Below, piece after piece: positions 9,048 through 19,112 of a stretch of DNA of 64,000 bases. This DNA is from Flavobacteriales bacterium (lineage in GTDB: Bacteria > Bacteroidota > Bacteroidia > Flavobacteriales_F > PHOS-HE28). A program made the position numbers and the translations under genes. Within the stretch, counting starts at the first letter, position 1. Each line of letters begins with the position of its first letter. Below the pieces are notes generated by a model that saw only the letters and a program-made list of their open reading frames with translations, had not been told where the DNA came from and ran no database searches. The stretch lies in contig JADKHI010000002.1 in NCBI GenBank assembly GCA_016721825.1, positions 105,424 to 169,423 of the forward strand, written 5' to 3'.

Positions 9048-10650
9048 CTACCGCTTTTCCACCTCGATCACGAAGGCCACGGCGTTGCGGGTGGCATCGC
9101 AAGTTGCTCCGAAGGCACCATCGGTGGCTGAGTAATTCACCTGGGTGGCATCGACCAGTTCGTTGCCAAGCACCGCCGCCAACTTCTCGTCCATGCTGGT
9201 CGCGCCGTTCGACTTCAACTGCTTGTCCACCGCAGGGAAATCGATGGGCTGGTTGTACACCAGGATGGACATCACGTCGCGCGTGCCCACCTCGTCCACG
9301 GTCATGCTCTGGTCCTTTGGGAAGACACGCGTTCCGGTGATGCCGCAATAGGGGGAGTGCTTGGGCGTGTTGGGGAAGAGCACGTAGGTGCTGCCATCGA
9401 CCTCTTGTCCGAAGCAGTAGATGTAGCACTCCGCGTTGTTGGTCACCTGCACCTTGAAGCGGGTGCCCTTTGGAACGACCTGGGTGGTGCGGAACACGCG
9501 GCCGCCCATATGTTTCAGGGGGATCATGGTGCCGGTGGCCATGCCTTTCGCATCCACGGCCACAAGTCCGAAGCGTAGGTCGAAGCGTTGCGGCTTCACG
9601 TCCACACCTTCACCTTGTGGGTATACGGCGTAGGCTTCCTTGGCGAAGAAGTCGAAGTCTTTGTAACGCACCCAGGCCACCCCGTTCTTACCCCAGTCGG
9701 AGCCCCAACTGTTCATGATCTGGAAGCCGCCTTCCTGACCGAACTTGAAATCGTCGTAGCCGATCACGCACATGGCGTGGCCGCCGAACCCGGGCATCTG
9801 GTAGTCGCGCTCAGTGGGCTGCCACAGATCCTGACCTTCCATCTCTTGCATGAAGGAGCCGCCCACCATCATGCCGATCACCACGGGGCTGCCCTGGCTG
9901 AGGTGCTGCTTCATGGCCACCATGTCCGTGCGCTGCTCATCGGCGCCGAGGGTAAGGCGTTGAAAACCTTTGATCTTGTAGGGTAGGGCCTGTTGCTTCT
10001 CCTCGGCCGTGGGCTCCTTGGCGCAGCTCTGGTCGGTGTAGGCGAATTTGCTGAAGGGGGAGCACCCCGCCCTTGAGCATGTTCTCCATGGCGCGGTAGA
10101 TGTAGCTGCCTTGGCAGTCGTTGCCGTCCAGCTTGATCTGGTTGTACAAGAAGCTGGGGCTGAAGGCGGCAGTGTTGGGGTCCTGCTTGGTGGCTTGGGC
10201 CTGCACGATGGTGCGTGCGGCGTAGGCACTGGCCCAGGCCACGCAGCTGCCCTGCTGGCCTTGGTTCAGGCGCTTGGGAGCGAACTGCTCCAAGGTGACG
10301 CGCTCGGGTAGCGGGGCCTTCACGTTGTCGGCCAACGGCTCATACACTTCTGCCTGATCGTAGAGCTTGGGGTCGAAGTTGGCGCCGGTACTGGTCTGCA
10401 GCAATTGACTGATGACTCCGCCGCCTGCATCCCCCATGTTGCAGCCTTTGCTACCGCCCAGGAAGTAGAAGAGCCCGCCCACGATCAGAACCACGATCAT
10501 CAGCTTCGGGTTCTTGAACAGAATGCCCAACAGCATGGGCAGCAGGGCCCCAAGACCACCACCGCCACCGCCACCTGGGCGGCCACCGGGGCTCGGACGA
10601 GAACGTTGCGGTTGGTCCTGCCCTTCATCGGGCGTCATTCGGATCGGCAT
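9048..10650 (-). pseudogene. membrane-anchored papain-like (C1) cysteine peptidase with C-terminal DUF4384-like domain; frameshifted as assembled
   Basis: ORF 9937..10650 carries a Gly-rich TM anchor and the catalytic-Cys motif QGQQGSCVAWASAYA. ORF 9048..10229, from FSKFAYTDQSC onward, carries GGHAMCVIGYDD and NSWGSDWGKNG plus a DUF4384-like tail. The two join at the G5 run 10056-10060. Confidence 0.75.
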
Positions 10651-10866
10651 GGTGGTTCGGGCTTAAGGGCGTTTGGGACGAAGCGCCATGGGGAGGTCAC
10701 ACCACTTCTTGGGGGTGAATTTCTCCTTTCCCGGCCGGAAAAACCAGAATGCCCGGGGCACGAATGGCGACCAACGTTCATCGGCCGGCTTTGCGGACCC
10801 GAGATCCTGTCGTTGGTCATGTATCCCTGGCGGTCGGATCACCAACTTCGACGAAACACCTAACCG

Positions 10867-11214
10867 ATGCAAAGGCTCCTTTTCCTGACTCTTGTTCTCG
10901 TCCTTCCATTTTTCGGTCGTGCGGCAGCCTTGGAAGCCACTCCCTACGATGCAATGGCTGTGGTGCATGTCGACGGTTTGACCGACGCGCAACTGTCAGC
11001 GCTGGCAAAACATATCGGTGCCGAGCGGAACATCACGATCGAGTATGCCTGTGTTTGGGCAGGGATCGTCGTGTTGCATTTCACTGATACCAATGCATCA
11101 GAGAGGGCGGACGTTGTGACCATCGTGCTACGGCATTTGCACGAAGCGGGCATCGAGAAAGGTGTGGAGGTGCAATACGTCCACGTGCGGGCCACTGGTC
11201 CGGGGAAGTGTTGA
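10867..11214 (+). CDS. small secreted hypothetical protein
   Basis: Signal peptide MQRLLFLTLVLVLPFFGRAAA. Codon usage resembles neighbours. No family recognised. Confidence 0.55.
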   Translation: MQRLLFLTLVLVLPFFGRAAALEATPYDAMAVVHVDGLTDAQLSALAKHIGAERNITIEYACVWAGIVVLHFTDTNASERADVVTIVLRHLHEAGIEKGVEVQYVHVRATGPGKC

Positions 11215-11220
11215 TCCGGT

Positions 11221-14200
11221 TCACTGACGCAACAGCCGTACGGCGGCCGTGCGGCCCTCGCTGAACAAACGCACCAGATACAGTCCTTGCGCTTCGACCG
11301 AGAGGTCGATGTTCACGTCGGTCTCTCCGGTCAGTTCCACCGATCGCGTCTGTACACGGCGGCCTTGTTGGTCCACTACTTCCAGTAATGCAGGGCCATC
11401 CATGTCCGTGATGTGCACGCGGACCTGGCCGTTGGTGGGGTTGGGGAAGGCGGATACCGTAAAGGCCTGCTCCTTTTCCTGAACACCAACGAAGCCTCCC
11501 AAGGTGAAAGCCCAATGGATGGAGCGGCCGAACTCGGCCTGGAAGCTTTTCAGTGTTGAGTTGTTCAGTCGCTTGAAGCGGAATTGACCGGTGCCCGCCT
11601 GGGTGTCCGCCCAATACGATAGCCCGTCGTTGCCCGTATCCAGCAGCTCCATCGTGTAGCATCCGTCCCACAGCGACAGCGTGTCCTGGTAGATGGTGTT
11701 GTTCGACATGCCGGAACGACTGTAGACCACCGTTCCGACTTGATCACGGATGGTGATCGAATTCTCGGAGGCCCGGTTGTTCGTTTTCAAGTACACGATG
11801 AAGTTCTCGGTGTAGACAGCCGGTAATGCGAAGTGTGTGGTGTAGGTGTCGTTGTCCGCGTTCTGATCAACACCACCGTTGGGGCCGCTCACGGTCACGG
11901 TGAAGTTCTGTTGGGTGTCACCCATCCAGAAGGTACCATCGGTTACCGGAAGTGTCACCTCGGCGGACTGCATGTGCTTCAGCAGGCCGGTCCAGGTGTG
12001 GTACTTCACTGTGCCGCCGGAAACACCGTAGGCGAAGGTCACCGACGTGAGGTCTTGGCTGCCAGCGTTGCGCAGCACGACCAGCGGGTCAATGCAGATC
12101 GGGTTGTTGCGCTTGCGGTATCCTTCATCGGTAGGTCGCTTCACCTGGTACACTTCGGCATCCAGCGCATGGGTGGCCGCTCCGAACTCGAAGAGGTCCA
12201 TGTTCATCACATAGTTGCCGCCGGCCATGCCTGCGTTATTCGTCGGCACGGGCGTGATGCCGTAGTCGACGGTGAGGGTATTGCCGCTAACGAACGGTGT
12301 CAGCTCTGTCATGTGGTCCTTTACAAGATCACCGGGGCACCAGCCTTCGCGGCTGCCCAGCCATGTGCCGCCTTGCGGATACACCGGGTTCAGCGCGCAG
12401 TCGTTCTCCTGCCAGATGTGCCAGTCATCCACCTGCGTTCCGTTCGCGTACAGGTAGTGGGTATTGTCCTTCCATTCGCAGCAATGCGGGTAGTTGCCAT
12501 CGTTGCTGTTGTGGCCGTGCCCTGTAAGGCGTGAGCGCATGGCCCACTGCGTTGCTTGCGGATCGAGGGCCACGGTAACAGCGGCCATCTGGGTGTCGTC
12601 GCTCAACGAACCGTACGAACGGCTGGCCATTGGACCCCAGGGACGCTGCAGGTTCACCACCGGTCGGGGTGAAGCGCCTTCGATGAGCTCGAAGTCGAGG
12701 TCGAGCAGTTCCTGTTGGTTGCCACCGGAGACCTCCACGCTGTCGTGCAGCAAGTGCTGGTAATCGGTCACATCATAGGTCCAACGGAAGCCGTTCGCGC
12801 CAAGGCTTAGTCCGATCCCGTACGGGGTGATGTAACGTCCGACCTCCCAATTGTTCACCACTTCGAAAGGCACACCGAAGTAGTTCAGCGTGTCGTTCAT
12901 GTAGGTAATGCCGGTGATCAGCAGGGAATCCGTGGCCACGTTGTTCGCATCGTAGGTGTAAGCCTGTCCGGTGAGGAAGCTGAACACGGTGTCGATCGCA
13001 AGCACGCTGTTGCCGTTCACTTCGAAGACCTCACGGGCCACACCGGTGCGGGGCGTCGGACGAAGCAATTCAAGCGGGTCGACCACATCCGTGTAGGTGC
13101 CCTGCGTAAAGGTGATGTCAGGGCGACCGAGCACGGACTGCGCAGCGTGTGAAAGTGAAGTGGCCGGAGTGTAAATGTGTTGCACGGTGCCCATGAGCCA
13201 TGCCGGATGCGCGGCATCGGCGGCGTTCAGGGCCATGTGGGGTACGTCCACCGTCTCATTGAACCCGAAGGCATATATGGCGTTCGCCCAAGCAGGATGC
13301 GAGGCATCGATACGGTGGCCGGTCCAGGAGGCGATGGTGGCGGCGTCGAGCTCAGTGCTGAAGATCACCAGGTCGTCCAGATCACCACGGTAGGGAACGC
13401 TGCGATCGCCAGCAGCTCCGAAGTTGGCACCCACGATACCCGTCATCGGGCGGGTCATGCCGCTGCCGCTGTGCCAGAGGATCCCGTTCAAGTAGATCTT
13501 CATGCTGCCGGTCACCGTGTTCTTGGTGAAGGCCCACTCGTTCCATTGCTCCTCGGTTTCAGTGGTCGTGGCCGCCTTGTTGATGCGGTCGTAGCTGCCG
13601 CCCACGTTCCCGGCATCCCAGTAAACGCTGCCGTTGCTCCAAGGCAGGTGGATGTTGAGCACGCGTTGGTTCTGCGCGTTGCGCGCCTCGAATACGGAAG
13701 TGTTCACCGGCAGAGAGGCATCGCCCTTGGCGCGGAACAGGATGGTGACCTCGGTACTGAGCGTTGTCAACGGCGCGGGATCAAGCCCGATGAAATCGTC
13801 GTTCACGCGCACCTGCCCGTCGCGTCCGACCTCCTGTACACCCTGTCCGACGGCGACGGTTGTTGCGGAGAGCTGAGGGCCGGCAGTGGAGGTCTCCTTT
13901 TCCGTGGCGATCTCCACGAGCAGGTTGCTGGTGCCGTCCCAAGTGAAGGGGCTGACGAGGTCCAGGGTGGCTGTACCAGCGGTCGCGAACGCCTCACCGG
14001 TCTGGTGGAACACGGTGGTCAGGCCAAGTTCTTCGAAGGTGCTGATCGAGCTGGTCAAGGTCTGCTTCATGCGCACCGTCAAACGGCCCACTTCGCCGCC
14101 CACGAGCACCGGGAAGCGGAGGCGTTCGATGGGCAGACCCGGCTGAAGGCCGGCGGCCGTGAGTTCGGCCGCCAAGAACAGGTATTGAGAGCGTGCGGCA

Positions 14201-14670
14201 CCCCGATCCACGTTCAAGCTGCTTGCGTCGATCGCGTCAGCTGTACCGACTGCGTGGTCGCTTTCCGTGATCACGCTCAGGATCGTGCGTTTCGGTGCCG
14301 GTTCGGTCCACAGGTCGTAAGACGGCACATCGATGGTCTCGATGCTCGTTGGCGTTGAAGCACCCACCTTGAACCAAGGGTGCTGGAGCGCCGCACTGTC
14401 AAGCAGACCAGTATGCTCGTGTATGAAGTTGTACGTGAGGTAGTCCCACTCACCACAATCGTACTGGTCCTGGGTCGTGGCCGCGTCACACTTCAGGGTG
14501 TGGTGCATCAGCACCTTGCGGTAGTGGTGCGAGGTGTCGGGGAACTGGAACCAGCCACGTCGCGTAGTGATGCTGTCGAAGGAAAGGGTTTGAACATGTA
14601 GGGTATCCTGGGCGGAAGCGAGCAGGGAAAGTGCGAGGGAGCCACCGAGCAGCGAGCGACGAAGGTTCAT
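11221..14670 (-). CDS. T9SS (type A CTD) cargo: PNGase F-related beta-sandwich regions plus LamG/concanavalin-like domain
   Basis: Signal peptide. CGEWDYLTY and GRYITPYGIGLSLGANGFRWTYDVTDY resemble peptide-N-glycosidase F-related proteins. GDLDDLVIFSTELDAATI is LamG-like. The C-terminus FPNPTNGQVRV...GLYLVRLFSEGRTAAVRLLRQ is a T9SS sorting domain. Confidence 0.75.
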   Translation of the reverse strand: MNLRRSLLGGSLALSLLASAQDTLHVQTLSFDSITTRRGWFQFPDTSHHYRKVLMHHTLKCDAATTQDQYDCGEWDYLTYNFIHEHTGLLDSAALQHPWFKVGASTPTSIETIDVPSYDLWTEPAPKRTILSVITESDHAVGTADAIDASSLNVDRGAARSQYLFLAAELTAAGLQPGLPIERLRFPVLVGGEVGRLTVRMKQTLTSSISTFEELGLTTVFHQTGEAFATAGTATLDLVSPFTWDGTSNLLVEIATEKETSTAGPQLSATTVAVGQGVQEVGRDGQVRVNDDFIGLDPAPLTTLSTEVTILFRAKGDASLPVNTSVFEARNAQNQRVLNIHLPWSNGSVYWDAGNVGGSYDRINKAATTTETEEQWNEWAFTKNTVTGSMKIYLNGILWHSGSGMTRPMTGIVGANFGAAGDRSVPYRGDLDDLVIFSTELDAATIASWTGHRIDASHPAWANAIYAFGFNETVDVPHMALNAADAAHPAWLMGTVQHIYTPATSLSHAAQSVLGRPDITFTQGTYTDVVDPLELLRPTPRTGVAREVFEVNGNSVLAIDTVFSFLTGQAYTYDANNVATDSLLITGITYMNDTLNYFGVPFEVVNNWEVGRYITPYGIGLSLGANGFRWTYDVTDYQHLLHDSVEVSGGNQQELLDLDFELIEGASPRPVVNLQRPWGPMASRSYGSLSDDTQMAAVTVALDPQATQWAMRSRLTGHGHNSNDGNYPHCCEWKDNTHYLYANGTQVDDWHIWQENDCALNPVYPQGGTWLGSREGWCPGDLVKDHMTELTPFVSGNTLTVDYGITPVPTNNAGMAGGNYVMNMDLFEFGAATHALDAEVYQVKRPTDEGYRKRNNPICIDPLVVLRNAGSQDLTSVTFAYGVSGGTVKYHTWTGLLKHMQSAEVTLPVTDGTFWMGDTQQNFTVTVSGPNGGVDQNADNDTYTTHFALPAVYTENFIVYLKTNNRASENSITIRDQVGTVVYSRSGMSNNTIYQDTLSLWDGCYTMELLDTGNDGLSYWADTQAGTGQFRFKRLNNSTLKSFQAEFGRSIHWAFTLGGFVGVQEKEQAFTVSAFPNPTNGQVRVHITDMDGPALLEVVDQQGRRVQTRSVELTGETDVNIDLSVEAQGLYLVRLFSEGRTAAVRLLRQ

Positions 14671-14758
14671 GGTCTTGCAGGTATAGGTGGCAATGTTAGG
14701 GGGTGTGGTCTAGAGATCTTGTAGCAATTGGACCACAACTACCTTCGCCCTGCCTTCC

Positions 14759-16345
14759 ATGCAGCGCATCCCTGTTCCGTACCCCTCCACCGGCCGTTTC
14801 AGTGCCTTGGTCAACGACTATCTCACGGGTGATGCGGGTCTTCGTGAGCACTATGTTCACCCGCCTGACCTGATAGGGTTGCGGACCGCCGCAGAGCATC
14901 GCAGGTTCGCACCCGCTTCGCGGGCCGCACTGGTCGCCACGCTCCGTCAGCAATACCAAGGCGTAGAGGTCCACGAGGCCGTGCAGGCCAACCTTGCTGC
15001 GCTGGAAGCGGATAGCACGTTGACCGTTACTACCGGTCATCAGCTGTGCCTGTTCACTGGGCCGCTCTACGTGCCCTTCAAGTTGCTGAACACCATCCGA
15101 CTCGCTAGCACGCTCACCGCAGAACTGGGTCGAAAGGTGGTGCCCGTGTTCTGGATGGCCACGGAGGATCACGATCGCGAAGAGATCGATCATGCCTGGC
15201 TCGGTGACCACAAGGTGCAGTGGCCGGGCTCCGCTGGTGGACCTGTCGGTCGTATGCCGCTCGCCGGTATCACGGCCGTGATCGACGAAGCCGTGGGGGC
15301 GATTGGTGCAGGTACGGAGGCCCGTGAAGTGGAACACCTTCTGCGTTCGAGCTACACGCCTGATCGTACCCTTGCGGTAGCCACGCGGCACTTCGTCAAC
15401 GCGCTCTTCGGTCGCTTCGGCCTCATCATTCTCGATGCGGATGCATCAGCGCTCAAGCAGCTCTTCGTTCCGGTGCTCCAGGAGGAAGTACTGAACCAGG
15501 TGACACAGCGTACAGTGAGCTACGCGGATGCCAAGCTGTCGGAGCGCTACCCGCCCCAAGCGCATGTCCGCGAGATCAACGTCTTCCACCTTGCTTCCGG
15601 TCAACGCTCACGTATCGTGTTGGAGGACGGTCGTTACCGCTCTGTCGATGGCAAGATCTCCTGGAGCGCTGAAGAGCTATTGGTGGATATCCAAGTACGC
15701 CCCCAGGACTTCTCCCCGAACGTGATGTTGCGGCCGGTGTATCAGGAACTCGTGTTGCCGAACATTGCGTACATCGGTGGTGGTGGCGAACTGGCCTATT
15801 GGATGCAACTGCGCTGGTTGTTCCAAGGGCTTCAGGTACCGATGCCAGTAGTGCTCCTGCGTACCAGTGCGGCCTTCATCTCAGCGAAGCAGTTGCGGCA
15901 GTGGCAGGAGCTGGGGCTCTCGGTGCCGGAGCTCTTCGCGCCACTCGATGCATTGAAGTCACGCGTGGCGGTCGGTGCCTCCTCGTTCACCACACAGGTT
16001 GAAGAAGAGCGGCAGCAGCTGAACGCCTTGTATGACGCACTGTTGCTGAAGGCTGAGCAAGCCGACCCTACGCTGCACGGAGCGGTGGAGGCACGCCGGA
16101 AGAAGGCCCTGCACGGCTTCGATCATGTGGAACAGCGCTTGGTGCGCGCAGCGAAACGGCACCAGACCACCTTGCTGGAACGGATGGACAAGGTCCACGA
16201 AGCGGTCTTCCCCGGCGGAGGACTTCAGGAGCGCAAGCAGAACATGCTGCCCTTCCTTGCCGCTTATGGACCGGGTATCCTCGATACGTGGTTGAACGAG
16301 CTCGATCCCTTGGATCCGCAGTTCAGCATGCTCGTAGAGGACTAG
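14759..16345 (+). CDS. bshC: bacillithiol biosynthesis cysteine-adding enzyme BshC
   Basis: VTTGHQLCLFTGPLYVPFKLLNTI and VPVFWMATEDHDREEI signature. Length 528 aa. Confidence 0.85.
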   Translation: MQRIPVPYPSTGRFSALVNDYLTGDAGLREHYVHPPDLIGLRTAAEHRRFAPASRAALVATLRQQYQGVEVHEAVQANLAALEADSTLTVTTGHQLCLFTGPLYVPFKLLNTIRLASTLTAELGRKVVPVFWMATEDHDREEIDHAWLGDHKVQWPGSAGGPVGRMPLAGITAVIDEAVGAIGAGTEAREVEHLLRSSYTPDRTLAVATRHFVNALFGRFGLIILDADASALKQLFVPVLQEEVLNQVTQRTVSYADAKLSERYPPQAHVREINVFHLASGQRSRIVLEDGRYRSVDGKISWSAEELLVDIQVRPQDFSPNVMLRPVYQELVLPNIAYIGGGGELAYWMQLRWLFQGLQVPMPVVLLRTSAAFISAKQLRQWQELGLSVPELFAPLDALKSRVAVGASSFTTQVEEERQQLNALYDALLLKAEQADPTLHGAVEARRKKALHGFDHVEQRLVRAAKRHQTTLLERMDKVHEAVFPGGGLQERKQNMLPFLAAYGPGILDTWLNELDPLDPQFSMLVED

Positions 16346-16388
16346 GTTCCGACCTCATCGGATGGAACGGGCCTGAGCAAGGCGCGCT

Positions 16389-18995
16389 TCAGCGAACGAA
16401 CTGCGTGCTCTCCGAACGGCTTCCGCTGGAGATGCGCAACACGTAAGTGCCGTGCGCCAAGTTGGACAGCTGGAGCGGTGTGCGACCGGCCTGACCGCTG
16501 GTTCCGCTGAAGACCACACGTCCCAAAGGGTCGATCACCTCGAAGGAAGCTCCAGAGGCGAAGCCATGCACCGCGATCAGTTCCTCCGTACCGTACAACA
16601 CGGTAAGTGGGCGTGTCCCGGAAGCGTTGAATTCCACAGGGACCAGATCGCTCCATGTGGTGGTGCCATCCAGGTCGATCTGACCGAGGCGGTAGTAGCT
16701 GAGCCCTGGTAGTGGTGAGCGGTCCAGGTCCTGGTACTCGATCATGCTGGCGCTGTTGCCTGCTCCGGACCGCGACACGACGGGTTGGAAGTTGAAGCCG
16801 TCCACGCTGCGCTCCACGATGAAGCGGTCGTTGTTCAGCTCGGTCGCAGTGGCCCATTCCAAGTTCACCACATCGCCATGCGGAACAGCGGTGAAATACA
16901 TCAACTCGATGGGGAGTGGATTCTGCGCGCTGACCGAGGCCAGGGTCCACGGGCTGAACGCGGTCTGCGAGGCACTGCTGATCACGGTGCCGGCCAGCAA
17001 TGTGCCCGTGGTGCCCCCGTTCCCGCGATCGCGCCATACGGCTCCATCGTAGCGGGCCACCCGCAGGTCGGCCATCAGGGTAACGCCACAGCTCGTGGCC
17101 GCATCCCAGCTCAGGGTCACGAAGGCGTTCGGTGTACCGTTGCTCCGGTCGATCTGCCAGTACTCGCAGTCGCTGATGTGGTCTAACGTGGCGTCAAGCG
17201 TACCGGGGAAAAGGCCGAGCACCCAAGCGGTGGCGGGGGCGGGGGTCAGGAAATACTCGGCCGTGTAGGCATCCGTTGCCAAGCCCGTAATGGTGGTCAG
17301 CGAAGCCGGGCGGTAGTAGGTGCTCTTACCTACGGGGAAGGTGAAGTCCGCCGTACCGAACTTCTGCACGGGGCCGCTCACAAAGCTGGCGTTGGTGGCG
17401 TTCGTGGCCGTGGCCGCCGCTGCAAGGCTCATCAGGTTCGTTGCGGTGCTGAACACGCGACGGTTGAGCAGGTCCAGGTTGGTATTTATTAGTACAGGAG
17501 CATTCAAGCTTAAATCGCTCCCGGACTTACTCACACGTAATGTGCTGAAGACCTCTTGGAAGCCGTTCGTCTGAATAGATTGAGCAGAAGCCCCTGTAAA
17601 AAGCACCAAACTGTTAGTCTCTAAGAAGGCGTTCGCTCCGGAGGTGGCATCCAGGCTTCGGAAGTGTCCGGAAAGACTGATGCCTCCATTGGTAAGGTCG
17701 AGGCGGCCGCCGTCTGCTATTGTGAGGTTGCCGTAGACTTGAACACTATTCGCCGCCGACAGATTCCGGAAACGCGCATTCGCAGCCCCAGCAGCGCTAC
17801 CTGTCAATGTCAATGTGGCCGTGGTGAACGTCCCACTATTGACAGTCAATCCCATGATCAAGCCCGCAGCGGTCCGCTTAATGGTAGTCGAATCCGACAC
17901 GATCAATTGCTTGTTGCTATTGATAGAGAGTTGAGGAACGGTAGCGCTGTTACTTTCAATCTTCAGCTTATTACATACAGCAGGTGCTGATAGAGGGTTA
18001 TGGACGGAATTGTCAACCACACAATCCAGAAGTCGTGTCTGGTTGATCACCACGTTGCTGGCGGCTGTGGGCACCTCAGCGTCGTCCCAGTTGCGGCAAT
18101 CGAACCAATCGGTGTTCTTCGCGCCGGTCCAAAGGCCGTTGCTGAAGGTCCCATATGGGCCAGGGAACATTACACCGGTATAATTAGTGTAATCAGGTCC
18201 GACCACGTTGCTATTGTATTGAGCGCAATTGCCGATAACAGCTGTGGTGCTCCACCGTGCGGGATCTCCAATGTCAATAAGCCAAGCCCTTTGGGTCCGG
18301 GCTGTGAAGGGAACAGTCGGGAAGTCCCCCATGTACTTCGTGAAGTAGGTGGTGGAGGTGGGCTCCATGCTGAAACATGGCATACCTGGAGGCAAGCCAG
18401 ATTGTCCGGTACTGTTTGCAAAGGAGGTCCATGCCCCGTTCGTTGTGAATCCGAAAAGAATCCTTCCTCCGGTGTATGTCGCATTGTATCCCGGAGTGGC
18501 TGGTACCGGATCGCTCCAAGTTCCTCCTTGCATGAAGAAGACCTGATCTCCCGAGGTACTATTAATATTGAAAATCTTACCAGCCATTCCCGTTAAAGCC
18601 ACTACAGTCCAGCCACCACCAATGATTGTTGGAACCCCAGAGTTGAGTGCCTGGATGGTGATCGGTGTCCCGGCAGGAATGATGGCTCCTGTGCGAATCA
18701 TTCGGAAGGCACCTTCTGTGTCTCCCCATTGCCCAGCATTTGCATACTCGTATCCACAATCTGTAAAGTCGATCGTGGTATTCACAGTTATGTCCTTGAA
18801 GCAGAAGAAGCTGATTAGGTCAGTGGCAACGTTCGCAGGCAAGGCAGGCATGCATGCATAATTGTTCGCATTCACCCCTACTATGGCAAGATCGCCAGGA
18901 AGTAAGACCGTTGGAGGTTGCCCCAACGACGTACCCGCACCGATCACCGCGAAGGCGACCGCTGGGATAAGCTTACGGAGGAGGTGGCGGAGCAT
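16389..18995 (-). CDS. T9SS (type A CTD) secreted protein, function unknown
   Basis: Signal peptide MLRHLLRKLIPAVAFAVIGAGTSLGQ. Conserved pre-CTD module PLPIELMYFTA...YYRLGQIDLDGTTTWSDLVPVEF. CTD ends GTYVLRISSGSRSESTQFVR. Confidence 0.8.
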   Translation of the reverse strand: MLRHLLRKLIPAVAFAVIGAGTSLGQPPTVLLPGDLAIVGVNANNYACMPALPANVATDLISFFCFKDITVNTTIDFTDCGYEYANAGQWGDTEGAFRMIRTGAIIPAGTPITIQALNSGVPTIIGGGWTVVALTGMAGKIFNINSTSGDQVFFMQGGTWSDPVPATPGYNATYTGGRILFGFTTNGAWTSFANSTGQSGLPPGMPCFSMEPTSTTYFTKYMGDFPTVPFTARTQRAWLIDIGDPARWSTTAVIGNCAQYNSNVVGPDYTNYTGVMFPGPYGTFSNGLWTGAKNTDWFDCRNWDDAEVPTAASNVVINQTRLLDCVVDNSVHNPLSAPAVCNKLKIESNSATVPQLSINSNKQLIVSDSTTIKRTAAGLIMGLTVNSGTFTTATLTLTGSAAGAANARFRNLSAANSVQVYGNLTIADGGRLDLTNGGISLSGHFRSLDATSGANAFLETNSLVLFTGASAQSIQTNGFQEVFSTLRVSKSGSDLSLNAPVLINTNLDLLNRRVFSTATNLMSLAAAATATNATNASFVSGPVQKFGTADFTFPVGKSTYYRPASLTTITGLATDAYTAEYFLTPAPATAWVLGLFPGTLDATLDHISDCEYWQIDRSNGTPNAFVTLSWDAATSCGVTLMADLRVARYDGAVWRDRGNGGTTGTLLAGTVISSASQTAFSPWTLASVSAQNPLPIELMYFTAVPHGDVVNLEWATATELNNDRFIVERSVDGFNFQPVVSRSGAGNSASMIEYQDLDRSPLPGLSYYRLGQIDLDGTTTWSDLVPVEFNASGTRPLTVLYGTEELIAVHGFASGASFEVIDPLGRVVFSGTSGQAGRTPLQLSNLAHGTYVLRISSGSRSESTQFVR

Positions 18996-19112
18996 GGGTG
19001 TACAATGCCGTATCGGTCCGACGCAAAGATCGTCAGATCAGGCGGTTATCTGTTGATCCAACGTTAAATCTACCACGCTTTTTTCCACCGCCGACACTGA
19101 CCGGGCGAACGC

